Below are positions 1 through 8,981 of a stretch of DNA of 64,000 nt, in pieces. The DNA is from Candidatus Saccharimonadia bacterium (lineage in GTDB: Bacteria > Patescibacteriota > Saccharimonadia > Saccharimonadales > 2-12-FULL-41-12): positions 395,599 to 459,598 of the forward strand of contig OY970327.1 of assembly GCA_963717365.1 (NCBI GenBank). The letters are read 5' to 3'. The position numbers were made by a program, and so were the translations under genes. Numbering within the stretch: position 1 is the stretch's first letter; each line of letters opens with the position of its first letter. A model generated the notes under the pieces. That model made no database searches and was not told the DNA's origin. It was given only the letters and a program-made list of their open reading frames with translations.

Positions 1-570
1 GATCAAAGCATGTTTACCGGCAAAGGAGCTAATCAACGCAGCTCGCTGCGGATGGACACGTCCCTCGGGAGTTTTCATATAGGCACAAATTTTCCGCTTC
101 TTTTCCTGGGTAAGTCTTTGCGGGTAGCCGAAATTGTCATCGTCCGCACTTGTCCAGCGCATTAATGAGTTAATCGCAAATTGTTGAGCCTTAGTCGGCT
201 TGTCAGGTCCACTACCAATTACATTTTCAAGACCATTTATAATTAGCAGACTGCTATCTAGTACTGCACTAGTACTGGCAGTGCGTAATAGTTCATTGCT
301 ATTATGCGGTGAAAGAGCACCCTTGTGGCAATCAAAAGGGATTGTTTCGTTTTGATACAAATTTTCTGCCACATAGACAAGATCAGAAAGTAACACAGAA
401 GCCCGAACTTTACTGACATCGCCAAGTATCAGATAGCTGCCGAGTGCATTAGCATAGCCGACTGCCGGTGGAGCGTCATGCACAAAAGTAAGCTCATACA
501 ATAATGGCTGGTCTGCGACCTCCTCGTGTGTCTCTACTTTATGTCCATTTCCAATTTCTATGGTTGCCAT
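1..570 (-). CDS. hypothetical protein; C-terminal part runs off the left edge
   Basis: ATG at 570-568 on the minus strand. I checked all 190 codons to position 1 by hand and found no in-frame stop. It is absent from the supplied ORF track, presumably because it is edge-truncated. No motif recognised. Confidence 0.5.
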   Translation of the reverse strand, partial: MATIEIGNGHKVETHEEVADQPLLYELTFVHDAPPAVGYANALGSYLILGDVSKVRASVLLSDLVYVAENLYQNETIPFDCHKGALSPHNSNELLRTASTSAVLDSSLLIINGLENVIGSGPDKPTKAQQFAINSLMRWTSADDDNFGYPQRLTQEKKRKICAYMKTPEGRVHPQRAALISSFAGKHALI

Positions 571-827
571 ATTTTTCTCTTTTAAAAAACTCCAGCGCTT
601 AGGCCTGGAGTTCTTTTTATTTGATTGCTATTGATTGTTTAGCGAAAGAATATCCAGGCGTTATGCACAAATCACCATCAGCACGTGCTTAGAAACAAAT
701 ACTGTTTGGTGGTTCTGCATAGTTGAGTTCTGTCTTTTCACAGTTAAAATTATAGCTCTAATAAATTGTCTGTCAATATATGTTGTCTGTAAAATATTTA
801 ACGCTTATGTTTTCTTACTGACATATG

Positions 828-855
828 TTGACAAAAGTATGTCGCTGTATAAAAT
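828..855 (+). promoter_or_regulatory. candidate sigma70-type promoter
   Basis: TTGACA (828-833), 16-nt spacer, TAAAAT (850-855) in an AT-rich gap. Sequence pattern only. Confidence 0.3.
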
Positions 856-938
856 AACTGGTATGCAGAAACTATTTGTCCTCAGTCTCGTGATTGTGAG
901 TCCCGGCGGGTAGTTTTTTGCTTTTTAATGGAACCACG

Positions 939-973
939 AACCCCCGCTCAAAGCAAAACGAGCGGGGGTTTTT
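939..973 (+). terminator. rho-independent terminator-like hairpin
   Basis: 9-bp GC stem CCCCCGCTC/GAGCGGGGG (941-949/960-968) with a 10-nt loop, followed by TTTTT. Confidence 0.6.
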
Positions 974-995
974 AATATAAGAAAAGAGAATAGAT

Positions 996-1421
996 ATGGC
1001 AATGGAATACAGATCAACAAGAACGCCGGGGAAAAATCATCCTCCGACGCCCGTAAACCGGGAGCAGTGGGGAACAGCACCCCGGCCGTATAACCCGGAG
1101 ATAAATAATCATCAACCTACTGATATGACAGAAGGCACTATGGTAGTCCATCCGCATACCGGCGTTTCAATGACAGGACCAGAATTTATAGAAGAAGTCC
1201 GGGAAGCCAAAGAGGCCTATGGTTGCTGGCCAATACCTGGTGCCGTAAAGCCCTCCGACGATAGGCCTGAAATTAAAGCTGCTCTTATGAATGTTGTATT
1301 AAGCTGCGCATTGCCTGCAAATGACGAAAAAAGGAAAAGTATCAAGACGACAGAAGGATTAACTGTACCCACTTATCCGTCCAGAGATGTCGTAACCAAT
1401 TCCGGCAGTAATTATTATTAA
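996..1421 (+). CDS. hypothetical protein (Pro-rich N-terminus)
   Basis: 141-aa ORF from the track with no recognisable motif and a weak RBS. Confidence 0.45.
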   Translation: MAMEYRSTRTPGKNHPPTPVNREQWGTAPRPYNPEINNHQPTDMTEGTMVVHPHTGVSMTGPEFIEEVREAKEAYGCWPIPGAVKPSDDRPEIKAALMNVVLSCALPANDEKRKSIKTTEGLTVPTYPSRDVVTNSGSNYY

Positions 1422-1439
1422 GTTATAAATATTAGTAAA

Positions 1440-1642
1440 TATGGTATACTAATGGCTAGTTACCGAAGACAGTAGCGATGTTTACCGCAAGGCAAATATT
1501 TAAGAATGCTACCGAGGAATACAATAACACGTATTTTATTAGTCTTTGGTTGCTGCCAGAGACTTTTTTAATGGTCGGTGCGGTCATCTGGAAAAAATAG
1601 GACGTTTAAGTAAGTCCTATAAAGTAATCAAAAAGGTATAAC
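1440..1642 (+). promoter_or_regulatory. putative rplJ (L10) autoregulatory leader
   Basis: ~200-nt untranslated stretch immediately upstream of rplJ that contains an intrinsic-terminator hairpin. L10(L12)4-binding leaders upstream of rplJ are established in many bacteria. Homology was not tested. Confidence 0.35.
1542..1569 (+). terminator. attenuator-type hairpin within the rplJ leader
   Basis: GTCTTTGG (1542-1549) pairs with CCAGAGAC (1556-1563), including one G-U pair. The loop is TTGCTG and TTTTTT follows at 1564-1569, ~75 nt before the rplJ start. Confidence 0.5.
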
Positions 1643-2167
1643 ATGGCTTTAACTAAGCAGAAAAAACAAGAAGTAGTCGCGGAAGTAAGCCAGCTCTTGG
1701 CTGAATCTAAGTTAACGGTAGTCGCTCACTATAAAGACACTACCGTAAAACAGCTTCAGACGCTCAGAAAGCAAGCAAAAGAAAACGGCACGGTTGTTAA
1801 AGTGATTAAGAACCGTCTAGTAATCCAAGCCTTGAAGGATAGCGATCTGTACAAAGATGCGGACAAAAGCGCGCTCACTGCCCAGTTACTGTATGCGTTT
1901 AATAACGCGGACGAAGTTGCTCCGGCGAAAGCCTTGGCAGATTTTGCAAAAACCAACCCAAGTATTCAGTTTGTCGGCGCTTACACCACCGACGGCATGT
2001 TTGTAGGGGCTGACGACGTAAAAGCACTGGCAGCATTGCCAAGCAAGAATCAAATGCTAGCTGGACTTATCTATACGCTTAACGCGCCATTAAATGGCGT
2101 AATGCGCGGTCTTTCCATCAACCTGCATGGTTTATTGCAAGGTCTCGAAGCAAAAGCAGCTAAATAA
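1643..2167 (+). CDS. rplJ: 50S ribosomal protein L10
   Basis: 174 aa with typical L10 sequence and the conserved position directly upstream of L7/L12. Confidence 0.95.
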   Translation: MALTKQKKQEVVAEVSQLLAESKLTVVAHYKDTTVKQLQTLRKQAKENGTVVKVIKNRLVIQALKDSDLYKDADKSALTAQLLYAFNNADEVAPAKALADFAKTNPSIQFVGAYTTDGMFVGADDVKALAALPSKNQMLAGLIYTLNAPLNGVMRGLSINLHGLLQGLEAKAAK

Positions 2168-2188
2168 TTAATAAAGGAATATAACCCC

Positions 2189-2572
2189 ATGGCTACAGAT
2201 TTAAAGAAAATTGCCGAACAGCTTGTGAACCTCAGCGTTCTCGAAGTTAATGAACTCGGTACAATACTAAAAGATGAATACGGCGTTGAGCCGGCTGCAG
2301 CGGCCGTTGCAGTCGCCGCTCCAGCTGCTGGCGGTGACGCTGGTGCCGCTGAAGAAGCTAAAAGCGAATACGATATCGTATTGAAAGACGCTGGTGCTCA
2401 GAAAGTTGCTGTAATTAAAGCTGTTAAAGATATCACTGGCCTTGGCCTTGGTGAGTCTAAAGCTTTAGTTGACGGCGCTCCTGGCACAATCAAGGAAAAA
2501 GCTCCTAAAGACGAGGCTGAAGCTGCTAAGAAAGCATTGGAAGATGCCGGCGCAACGGTAGAACTAGTCTAG
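2189..2572 (+). CDS. rplL: 50S ribosomal protein L7/L12
   Basis: 127 aa with an Ala-rich flexible hinge ([21 protein letters not shown]) and the C-terminal [24 protein letters not shown] motif. Confidence 0.97.
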   Translation: MATDLKKIAEQLVNLSVLEVNELGTILKDEYGVEPAAAAVAVAAPAAGGDAGAAEEAKSEYDIVLKDAGAQKVAVIKAVKDITGLGLGESKALVDGAPGTIKEKAPKDEAEAAKKALEDAGATVELV

Positions 2573-2593
2573 TTTTGCCGTCATTTCATACAA

Positions 2594-2626
2594 ATAAGAC
2601 TCACCTCTGGTGAGTCTTATTTTTTA
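2594..2626 (+). terminator. rho-independent terminator after rplL
   Basis: AAGACTCAC/GTGAGTCTT 9-bp stem (2596-2604/2610-2618) followed by ATTTTTT. Confidence 0.75.
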
Positions 2627-2945
2627 TAGTTAACATTTTTTCTTATCAGAATATTTTTAATGCAAGCGAAACTTCATTATTTTTTTATGAAATCTGACTA
2701 GCATTCAATAACAGAACGTATAGGTTCGGAATCTACAGTATATATCTGGAATCTACCCTATAGGAATTAAGTAAACTACGAAGGTTAAATACGCGAGACA
2801 ATGTTAAATATAGTACTGTTACTTATCTAAACACCGTATATTATCCACAGGGTTCCACGGAACACTTTACTTGCAAAACTAATCGTGTTACCCTTCGGGG
2901 GAAGGTGTAACAATAAAAACACTGACTGAGATATGAGACTGAGAT

Positions 2946-3455
2946 ATGGCAGACGTTCCAGATAAACAAATAAAAAGATTACGAGCACTCATTGCAGAAG
3001 CAGAGACCAGCTTAGCAGCAGCCAAAGAGCTGTTATTAAGTTTGCTCGGCGAAGATCCCGCCGCAACTGCTACCAACCGTGAAGAAAACATCGGTAAAGT
3101 TATAGAGGGTGTCTTTGACGGCCAAAATATGGTTGGCAGCGACAGCAAAACCTACCCCGTACCAGCTAACTACGCCAGCAAATCCAAATTAGTCCAGGGC
3201 GACATCCTAAAACTGACCATCGCCGACGACGGCACATTCTTATACAAGCAAATTGGACCAATCCCGCGCAAACAAGTTGTGGGTACATTAGAACTCCAGG
3301 ACGGCCATTACTTTGTAACTGTTGGTGACCACCAGTATCGCGTATTATTAGCCAGCGTCACTTATTTTAAGGCTAAGCCAGGTGACCAAGTCAGTGTCAA
3401 CGTCCCACAAGACGAAGTTGACGCTGAATGGGCAGCGCTCGAAGCTGCCCTGTAG
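2946..3455 (+). CDS. hypothetical protein
   Basis: 169-aa ORF with protein-like composition. The antisense ORF 2888-3148 is judged spurious. Confidence 0.7.
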   Translation: MADVPDKQIKRLRALIAEAETSLAAAKELLLSLLGEDPAATATNREENIGKVIEGVFDGQNMVGSDSKTYPVPANYASKSKLVQGDILKLTIADDGTFLYKQIGPIPRKQVVGTLELQDGHYFVTVGDHQYRVLLASVTYFKAKPGDQVSVNVPQDEVDAEWAALEAAL

Positions 3456-3460
3456 TAGAG

Positions 3461-3763
3461 ATGGTTATTAAAAAATCTCTCTTGATACCAACCGTAATTA
3501 TGCTGACAAGTGCTGCTGCTTTAGGGGGTTATTTTTATATTACTAGAAGTGAAGGCTTATCTACCAACGCAACCGGGAAAAATGAAGTCAAGGATTGCGG
3601 CTGTGGCGCATGTACGGATGAAGTAAAAATTGTTGAGTTATACGGTGCGGAAGGTGAACAAAAACTTGAAGAAGTCAAGCGAAAGATTCTTACCCGCAAT
3701 AACTCCGAATTTTGTAAATCAGCAGGTTGCATGGCGCGTTGCACTCTCTATAGATTGGTGTAA
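3461..3763 (+). CDS. small membrane-anchored Cys-rich protein
   Basis: Start moved to the internal ATG at 3461 (MVIKKSLLIPTVIMLTSAAALGGYFYI is one TM helix). The C-terminal part has CGCGAC and CKSAGCMARC clusters. Confidence 0.5.
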   Translation: MVIKKSLLIPTVIMLTSAAALGGYFYITRSEGLSTNATGKNEVKDCGCGACTDEVKIVELYGAEGEQKLEEVKRKILTRNNSEFCKSAGCMARCTLYRLV

Positions 3764-3814
3764 AATTGATTATCCACTTCCAGCATTATTCTTTTAGCCG
3801 TAAACTATTAAGAC

Positions 3815-5398
3815 ATGGGGAAAGCACTTTACAGGCAGTTCCGGCCCGCTTCGTTTGACGAGGTAATCGGCCAGGAGCATGTCACAACAACACTTAAGAA
3901 CAGCCTGAAAAATGGATCAATCGGCCATGCCTATCTTTTAACTGGCCCTCACGGGGTTGGCAAAACAAGTATTGCTCGCATATTAGCCTTTGCAGTTAAC
4001 GATATACCATATGAAACAGATGGTATTCATTTGGATATTATCGAAATAGACGCGGCTTCCAACCGCCGAATTGACGAGATTCGCAGTCTGAGAGAACGCG
4101 TGCATATCGCTCCCACCAGCGGTAAGTACAAAGTTTACATAATAGACGAAGTACATATGCTTACCCGCGAAGCTTTTAACGCGCTGCTCAAAACTCTTGA
4201 AGAACCACCGGCTCACGTTATATTCATACTTGCCACAACTGAGATACATAAACTACCAGACACCATTGTCAGCCGCTGCATTACCTTTACCTTTCGGCCA
4301 ATTGATTCTGTTAATATGGTCAAGCACTTAAAACACATTGCCGATTCAGAAGGTTTTAAAATAGAAAAGGAAGCGCTTGAACTATTAGCAGTACACGGCG
4401 ATGGTAGCTTTCGAGATAGTATTTCTTTACTCGACCAAGTCAAAGACGCCATCGGCACAGTGACTGCTGCAGATATTGAATTAACCTTAGGGTTAGCTTC
4501 TGGAGACGTCATACAAGCCATATTAAGCGCTGTGGCAAACGGCAATCCTCAAGAACTTTCTACGGCATTGAGCCTGGCTTACGAACATGGCGCTAGCGAG
4601 ACAAATCTGAGTAAACAAATCGCCAAACGAGTCAGACAGGACTTGCTGTCTGGCAAAGCAGTCTTATTATCTTCAGGTGACGCGTTAACGTTATTGGCTG
4701 ACTTATTAAATGTTCCGTCATCACCTAAGCCACGAGCCAAGTTAGAGCTAAGCCTATTAAGCCAGTTGTTTAAAAAACATCGGGTCGAAGCGCTTGTTGT
4801 TCCTATTGAAGCAGCTGCGTCCCCAGATACCCTTAATTCTGATGAGATTCGATCTGTTAATCTTTCTGAAGAAGCTAGCAGTTTAAATTCAGAACCGGCT
4901 TCCGTTACCTCTATTTCATTAGAAATTAATGAAGACGAGAAACGAAGTCAAGAAAATGGAATTAAACCTACTGTTTCAGCTGAAATTGAAAACATTCAGC
5001 AGGAGGATACTAGTATCCCTGAGATAATGGAAACAGCGGAACCAGATAGAAAAGCAGCCGACGAAGACACAAACGAAAACGAACTTTGGGATGATGTCCT
5101 CCAAAAATTGAAATCTCAGAACAATACATTATATGGAATAGCACGAATGGCTGACGCTGATATTACGCGCAAAAAATTAACGTTGTGTTTCAAGTTTCCC
5201 TTTCATTATCGCCAGGTTAATCAAGCTAAGAATAAAGCAATTATAGCTAAAATTATGGAAAATTTAGATTACAAGAATATGGAGCTTAATATTACTCAGC
5301 AAGAAGATTCTAAAAAGGTTGTCAAAGCTGACACCAAAGATGATACATTGGCAAACATAACCAATATTTTTGGTGACAGCGAAGTGTTAGAATCGTAA
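3815..5398 (+). CDS. dnaX: DNA polymerase III subunit gamma/tau
   Basis: N-terminal clamp-loader AAA+ motifs: GQEHV, GPHGVGKTS (Walker A), IIDEVH (Walker B), SRC. Confidence 0.9.
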   Translation: MGKALYRQFRPASFDEVIGQEHVTTTLKNSLKNGSIGHAYLLTGPHGVGKTSIARILAFAVNDIPYETDGIHLDIIEIDAASNRRIDEIRSLRERVHIAPTSGKYKVYIIDEVHMLTREAFNALLKTLEEPPAHVIFILATTEIHKLPDTIVSRCITFTFRPIDSVNMVKHLKHIADSEGFKIEKEALELLAVHGDGSFRDSISLLDQVKDAIGTVTAADIELTLGLASGDVIQAILSAVANGNPQELSTALSLAYEHGASETNLSKQIAKRVRQDLLSGKAVLLSSGDALTLLADLLNVPSSPKPRAKLELSLLSQLFKKHRVEALVVPIEAAASPDTLNSDEIRSVNLSEEASSLNSEPASVTSISLEINEDEKRSQENGIKPTVSAEIENIQQEDTSIPEIMETAEPDRKAADEDTNENELWDDVLQKLKSQNNTLYGIARMADADITRKKLTLCFKFPFHYRQVNQAKNKAIIAKIMENLDYKNMELNITQQEDSKKVVKADTKDDTLANITNIFGDSEVLES

Positions 5399-5401
5399 GC
5401 A

Positions 5402-6763
5402 ATGGATCCGAAGAACGCTAAGCTGCCCCCCCAAAATACCGAAGCAGAAGCCAGCTTGCTGGGAGCTATCTTAATTGATAGTGATGCTATCGTTAAAATC
5501 GCCGATGTTATTACAGTCGATGACTTTTATGATGAGCGGCACGGACATATTTATGACGCGGTTAAGAACTTATACGACAAACACAGCCCCATAGACGTCT
5601 TGACACTTACGAATGAGTTAAGAAACAACGGCTTACTTGATACAGTGGGTGGGTCATCGTATGTTACTGAACTGACTAATTTTGTACCGAGCGCCGCGCA
5701 TGTCATGCAATACGCCGAAATAGTGTCGACTAAAGCAATGCGCCGCCGGTTAATTAAAGCCAGCCAAGATATTATTACGCTTGGTTACGATGAATCAGAG
5801 GGTCTCCAGTCTCTGGTAGAACAAGCCGAAACACGATTATTTGAAGTTAGCCAAAAACAAGTAAAACAAGATGTGGTCAGCCTGGAACAGGTGCTTAGCG
5901 ATAGTTTTGAGCGGTTAGATGAGCTTCATAAAGATAAAGGCACTATCCGCGGCGTACCTACAGGGTATAAAGATCTGGACAATATTTTGGCCGGATTGCA
6001 ACGCGGAGATTTGATAGTCTTGGGCGGGCGGCCTAGCATAGGCAAAACTGCTATGGTCTTAAACCTGGCTCATAACGTGGCAGTGTCTTCACAGCAACGG
6101 GTGCTTATGTTTAGCCTTGAAATGGGCAAAGAGCAGTTGGTAGACCGTATGCTAGCCCGAGAATCCGGCGTAGACGCCTGGGCGCTGCGTACCGGTAACC
6201 TAAGTGATACTGATTTTGAAAAAATTGGACAAGCCATGGGAACTCTTAGCGAAGCGCAGATATATATTGATGACAGTCCAGGCATAACCGTTAGCGATAT
6301 GCGCACTAAAGCCCGGCGCGAAGCGCACCAGCACCCATTAGGATTGATTATTGTCGACTATTTGCAATTAATGAGTGGTGGCAGTAAGTTTGGCAGTGAT
6401 GCTGGCAACCGAGTGCAAGAAATCTCGGAAATCTCGCGCGGGCTAAAAGGCATTGCTCGTGAACTTAATGTGCCGGTTCTGGCACTGAGTCAGCTTAGCC
6501 GTACCGTAGAAAGTCGCAGCCCGCCAATTCCAGGACTGGCTGATCTGCGTGAATCCGGCTCGATTGAGCAGGACGCTGACGTCGTAGCATTCCTGTACCG
6601 CGAGGAATATTACAACCCGGAGACAGAACGGAAAAATGTGATGGATGTGTTCATAAAGAAGCATCGTAACGGGCCGACTGGTGGTGTAGAATTATACTTT
6701 GACCGCGAGAAACAGCGAATCAGAAGTATAGATAGCCGTCACAGTACGCCATTTGATAATTAG
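5402..6763 (+). CDS. dnaB: replicative DNA helicase
   Basis: PPQNTEAEASLLGAIL N-terminus, GGRPSIGKT Walker A, IVDYLQLM, and ALSQLSR with an ESGSIEQDAD C-terminal core. Confidence 0.95.
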   Translation: MDPKNAKLPPQNTEAEASLLGAILIDSDAIVKIADVITVDDFYDERHGHIYDAVKNLYDKHSPIDVLTLTNELRNNGLLDTVGGSSYVTELTNFVPSAAHVMQYAEIVSTKAMRRRLIKASQDIITLGYDESEGLQSLVEQAETRLFEVSQKQVKQDVVSLEQVLSDSFERLDELHKDKGTIRGVPTGYKDLDNILAGLQRGDLIVLGGRPSIGKTAMVLNLAHNVAVSSQQRVLMFSLEMGKEQLVDRMLARESGVDAWALRTGNLSDTDFEKIGQAMGTLSEAQIYIDDSPGITVSDMRTKARREAHQHPLGLIIVDYLQLMSGGSKFGSDAGNRVQEISEISRGLKGIARELNVPVLALSQLSRTVESRSPPIPGLADLRESGSIEQDADVVAFLYREEYYNPETERKNVMDVFIKKHRNGPTGGVELYFDREKQRIRSIDSRHSTPFDN

Positions 6764-6765
6764 TA

Positions 6766-6793
6766 GCTGCATTACCGTTTGCAGCCTGTTTTG
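6766..6793 (+). terminator. weak terminator-like hairpin after dnaB
   Basis: GCTGCA/TGCAGC stem (6766-6771/6780-6785) followed by a T-rich tract CTGTTTTGTT. Confidence 0.35.
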
Positions 6794-6808
6794 TTACAAT
6801 AAAGCAAG

Positions 6809-8008
6809 ATGAAAATACCAAAAACTAGTTTTAAGCGCATCTGGGCTACTGTGACAGATTTTACTCGACGACTTATCCTGCCGTTACTACTAATCGTCAG
6901 TGCGCTCGGACTGTTGGGCTATCATTTGTTCCGGCACGTACCGTATGGTCCGGCCGAATTCGCTGCAACGCTGGGTTCAGCTACTCTGAGCGCTATAAAA
7001 AATGACATACTGATTGCTCCCGTCAAAGGAGCTCAAATTATTGCACTTAAACTTACAGAAAATGACATATACATGCGACTGGCGTCCGTAGCGGTAGCGG
7101 TAGTGGCCGCTGTTTTGTTGTATGCCATGTTGCGACGATGGTACACAACACGGGTATCATTTTTGACATCAGTTATGTTTATTACTTCAAGCTGGTTTCT
7201 GCATCATGGGCGGTTAGCCAACCTAGATGTAATGTATTTGACCGTCATACCGGTGCTCTTATTGATTTGCCTATGGTTCTTGTCTAAGCATAACGATAAA
7301 AAATATCCGTTAGCAGCTATACTTTTAGCGCTTGTACTTTATGTGCCCGGTACATGGTTATTTATTGTTGGTGGGCTATTTTTTGTACGTAAGGTCGCGC
7401 TTAAGGCGTTTACAAAAGTGTCGCTCCGTATTCGATTGGTCAGCGCGGTGGCTATGCTACTTACACTAGCGCCGCTTTTTTATAGCTTCGCGCTCAAGCC
7501 AGGTCAAATAAACCGATGGCTCGGCGTAGATACAAGCCAAGAGCTGTCCTTACCGGCAATCGGTAACCGTCTGATAGATATCCCACAGCAACTATTGTTA
7601 ACCGGCCCCGATGACCCGACACGCTGGTTGGTTGGCACGCCTGTATTTGATATATTTTCTTTAGCCATGATAATAATGGGTTTGTATGCTTTTCGGACTG
7701 GATACTATCCAACCAGGGAAAAACTAGTGTTCGGGGCTTTATCTATAGGTATCATACTTGTTGGATTTGGAAATGTAGTGACGCTAGGTATACTAATACC
7801 GCTGTTTTATATTGCTATTGCTAACGGTATTTCATATATGTTGCAGAGTTGGTTTACGGTGTTTCCACGCAATCCTCTTGCACGTACCATTGGCGTAGGG
7901 CTCTTAGTTTTAGTAATTACCGGATCATGCTTCTACCAGCTGCAACGTTATTTTGTAGCATGGCCAGCAACAGCAGCCACTACAAAAGCGCTTACTGCAG
8001 AACGCTAA
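6809..8008 (+). CDS. polytopic membrane protein, possibly ArnT/PMT-type (GT39-like) glycosyltransferase
   Basis: 399 aa with roughly 10 hydrophobic segments. The family assignment is only an impression from overall architecture. Confidence 0.6.
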   Translation: MKIPKTSFKRIWATVTDFTRRLILPLLLIVSALGLLGYHLFRHVPYGPAEFAATLGSATLSAIKNDILIAPVKGAQIIALKLTENDIYMRLASVAVAVVAAVLLYAMLRRWYTTRVSFLTSVMFITSSWFLHHGRLANLDVMYLTVIPVLLLICLWFLSKHNDKKYPLAAILLALVLYVPGTWLFIVGGLFFVRKVALKAFTKVSLRIRLVSAVAMLLTLAPLFYSFALKPGQINRWLGVDTSQELSLPAIGNRLIDIPQQLLLTGPDDPTRWLVGTPVFDIFSLAMIIMGLYAFRTGYYPTREKLVFGALSIGIILVGFGNVVTLGILIPLFYIAIANGISYMLQSWFTVFPRNPLARTIGVGLLVLVITGSCFYQLQRYFVAWPATAATTKALTAER

Positions 8009-8067
8009 TCTGTTACACTAATAGGAGCGAGCGAGAGTTAATTTGTTAGATTAAGAGGAGATAAATT

Positions 8068-8361
8068 ATGAGTAAATTTGATCAAGCCAAAATGTTGATG
8101 AAGGTTAAAAAAATGCAAAAGGAACTGCAGAAGCAGGTAATTACTGTGTCGGCCGGCGACTCCGCAGTTATTGTTGAGATCACTGGCGAACAGAAAATCA
8201 AGCGTATTCAAATTGACCCAGAACGAGTGGATCTTGATGATATGCGTACTACAGAAAAACACGTCGAAGAAGCGGTTAAACAAGCTATCGCACAGAGTCA
8301 GAAGGTAGCAGCCGAAAAAATGCAACCAATGATGGGTATGCTTGGCAATCTAGGCCTGTAG
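8068..8361 (+). CDS. ybaB: YbaB/EbfC family nucleoid-associated protein
   Basis: 97 aa with the characteristic KMQKELQK N-terminal helix and the conserved position upstream of recR. Confidence 0.85.
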   Translation: MSKFDQAKMLMKVKKMQKELQKQVITVSAGDSAVIVEITGEQKIKRIQIDPERVDLDDMRTTEKHVEEAVKQAIAQSQKVAAEKMQPMMGMLGNLGL

Positions 8362-8375
8362 CCAGAAAAAAATAC

Positions 8376-8981
8376 GTGAGCGTACTCCCTAAAGCACTAG
8401 AAAATGTCATGAACGCCCTCGGCACCCTGCCGGGAGTAGGACCGCGTAGTGCCGAACGATATGCGTATTACTTACTACGAGCAGATCAAAGCAAGAGCCA
8501 TCAGATCGCTAAGACCCTGGATATCCTACATGCCAGTGTTAAGTATTGCCCTAAAACATTTGCCTTAATTAACGTTGATCAAGAACTTTCACCGCTATAT
8601 GTAGATCCCGAAAGAGATAAAACTGTTGTTGCCGTAGTTGAAGATCCGTTTGATATTGTGGCTCTAGAGCGAGTTGGACAGTTCAAAGGCACCTACCATG
8701 TACTCGGCGGTCTGATTTCTCCGATTGATAATGTTGGGCCAGAATCCCTACACGTGCGCGAGCTGGTGCAACGTATTGACGATGACAAGGTTAAAGAAAT
8801 TATTTTGGCTACTAACGCAAGCGTAGAAGGCGAGTCAACTGGCTTGTTTTTAGCTCAAGAGATTGGTAATCGTAAAGTTAAGATAACGCGTCTGGCGCAC
8901 GGACTGCCCATTGGACTCGACTTAGAGTATGCGGACCAAATTACCCTCGGCAGAGCTTTAGAGGGACGTCAGGCCTTCTAA
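8376..8981 (+). CDS. recR: recombination protein RecR
   Basis: GTG start. HhH motif LPGVGPRSAERYAYYLL and Toprim region YHVLGGLISP...ATNASVEGE. The zinc-finger cysteines are largely absent (see findings). Confidence 0.9.
   Translation: MSVLPKALENVMNALGTLPGVGPRSAERYAYYLLRADQSKSHQIAKTLDILHASVKYCPKTFALINVDQELSPLYVDPERDKTVVAVVEDPFDIVALERVGQFKGTYHVLGGLISPIDNVGPESLHVRELVQRIDDDKVKEIILATNASVEGESTGLFLAQEIGNRKVKITRLAHGLPIGLDLEYADQITLGRALEGRQAF

Noticed and set aside
635-913. 92-aa + strand ORF from the track.
   Set aside because: It lies in an AT-rich gap. The translation is Cys/Phe/Ile-rich nonsense with no RBS, and it overlaps a better promoter/terminator interpretation.
2640-2945. Considered this AT-rich 300-bp gap with a perfect DnaA box as oriC.
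   Set aside because: It has only one perfect box plus weak half-matches, no dnaA/dnaN nearby, and no clear cluster or DUE that I can define by eye.
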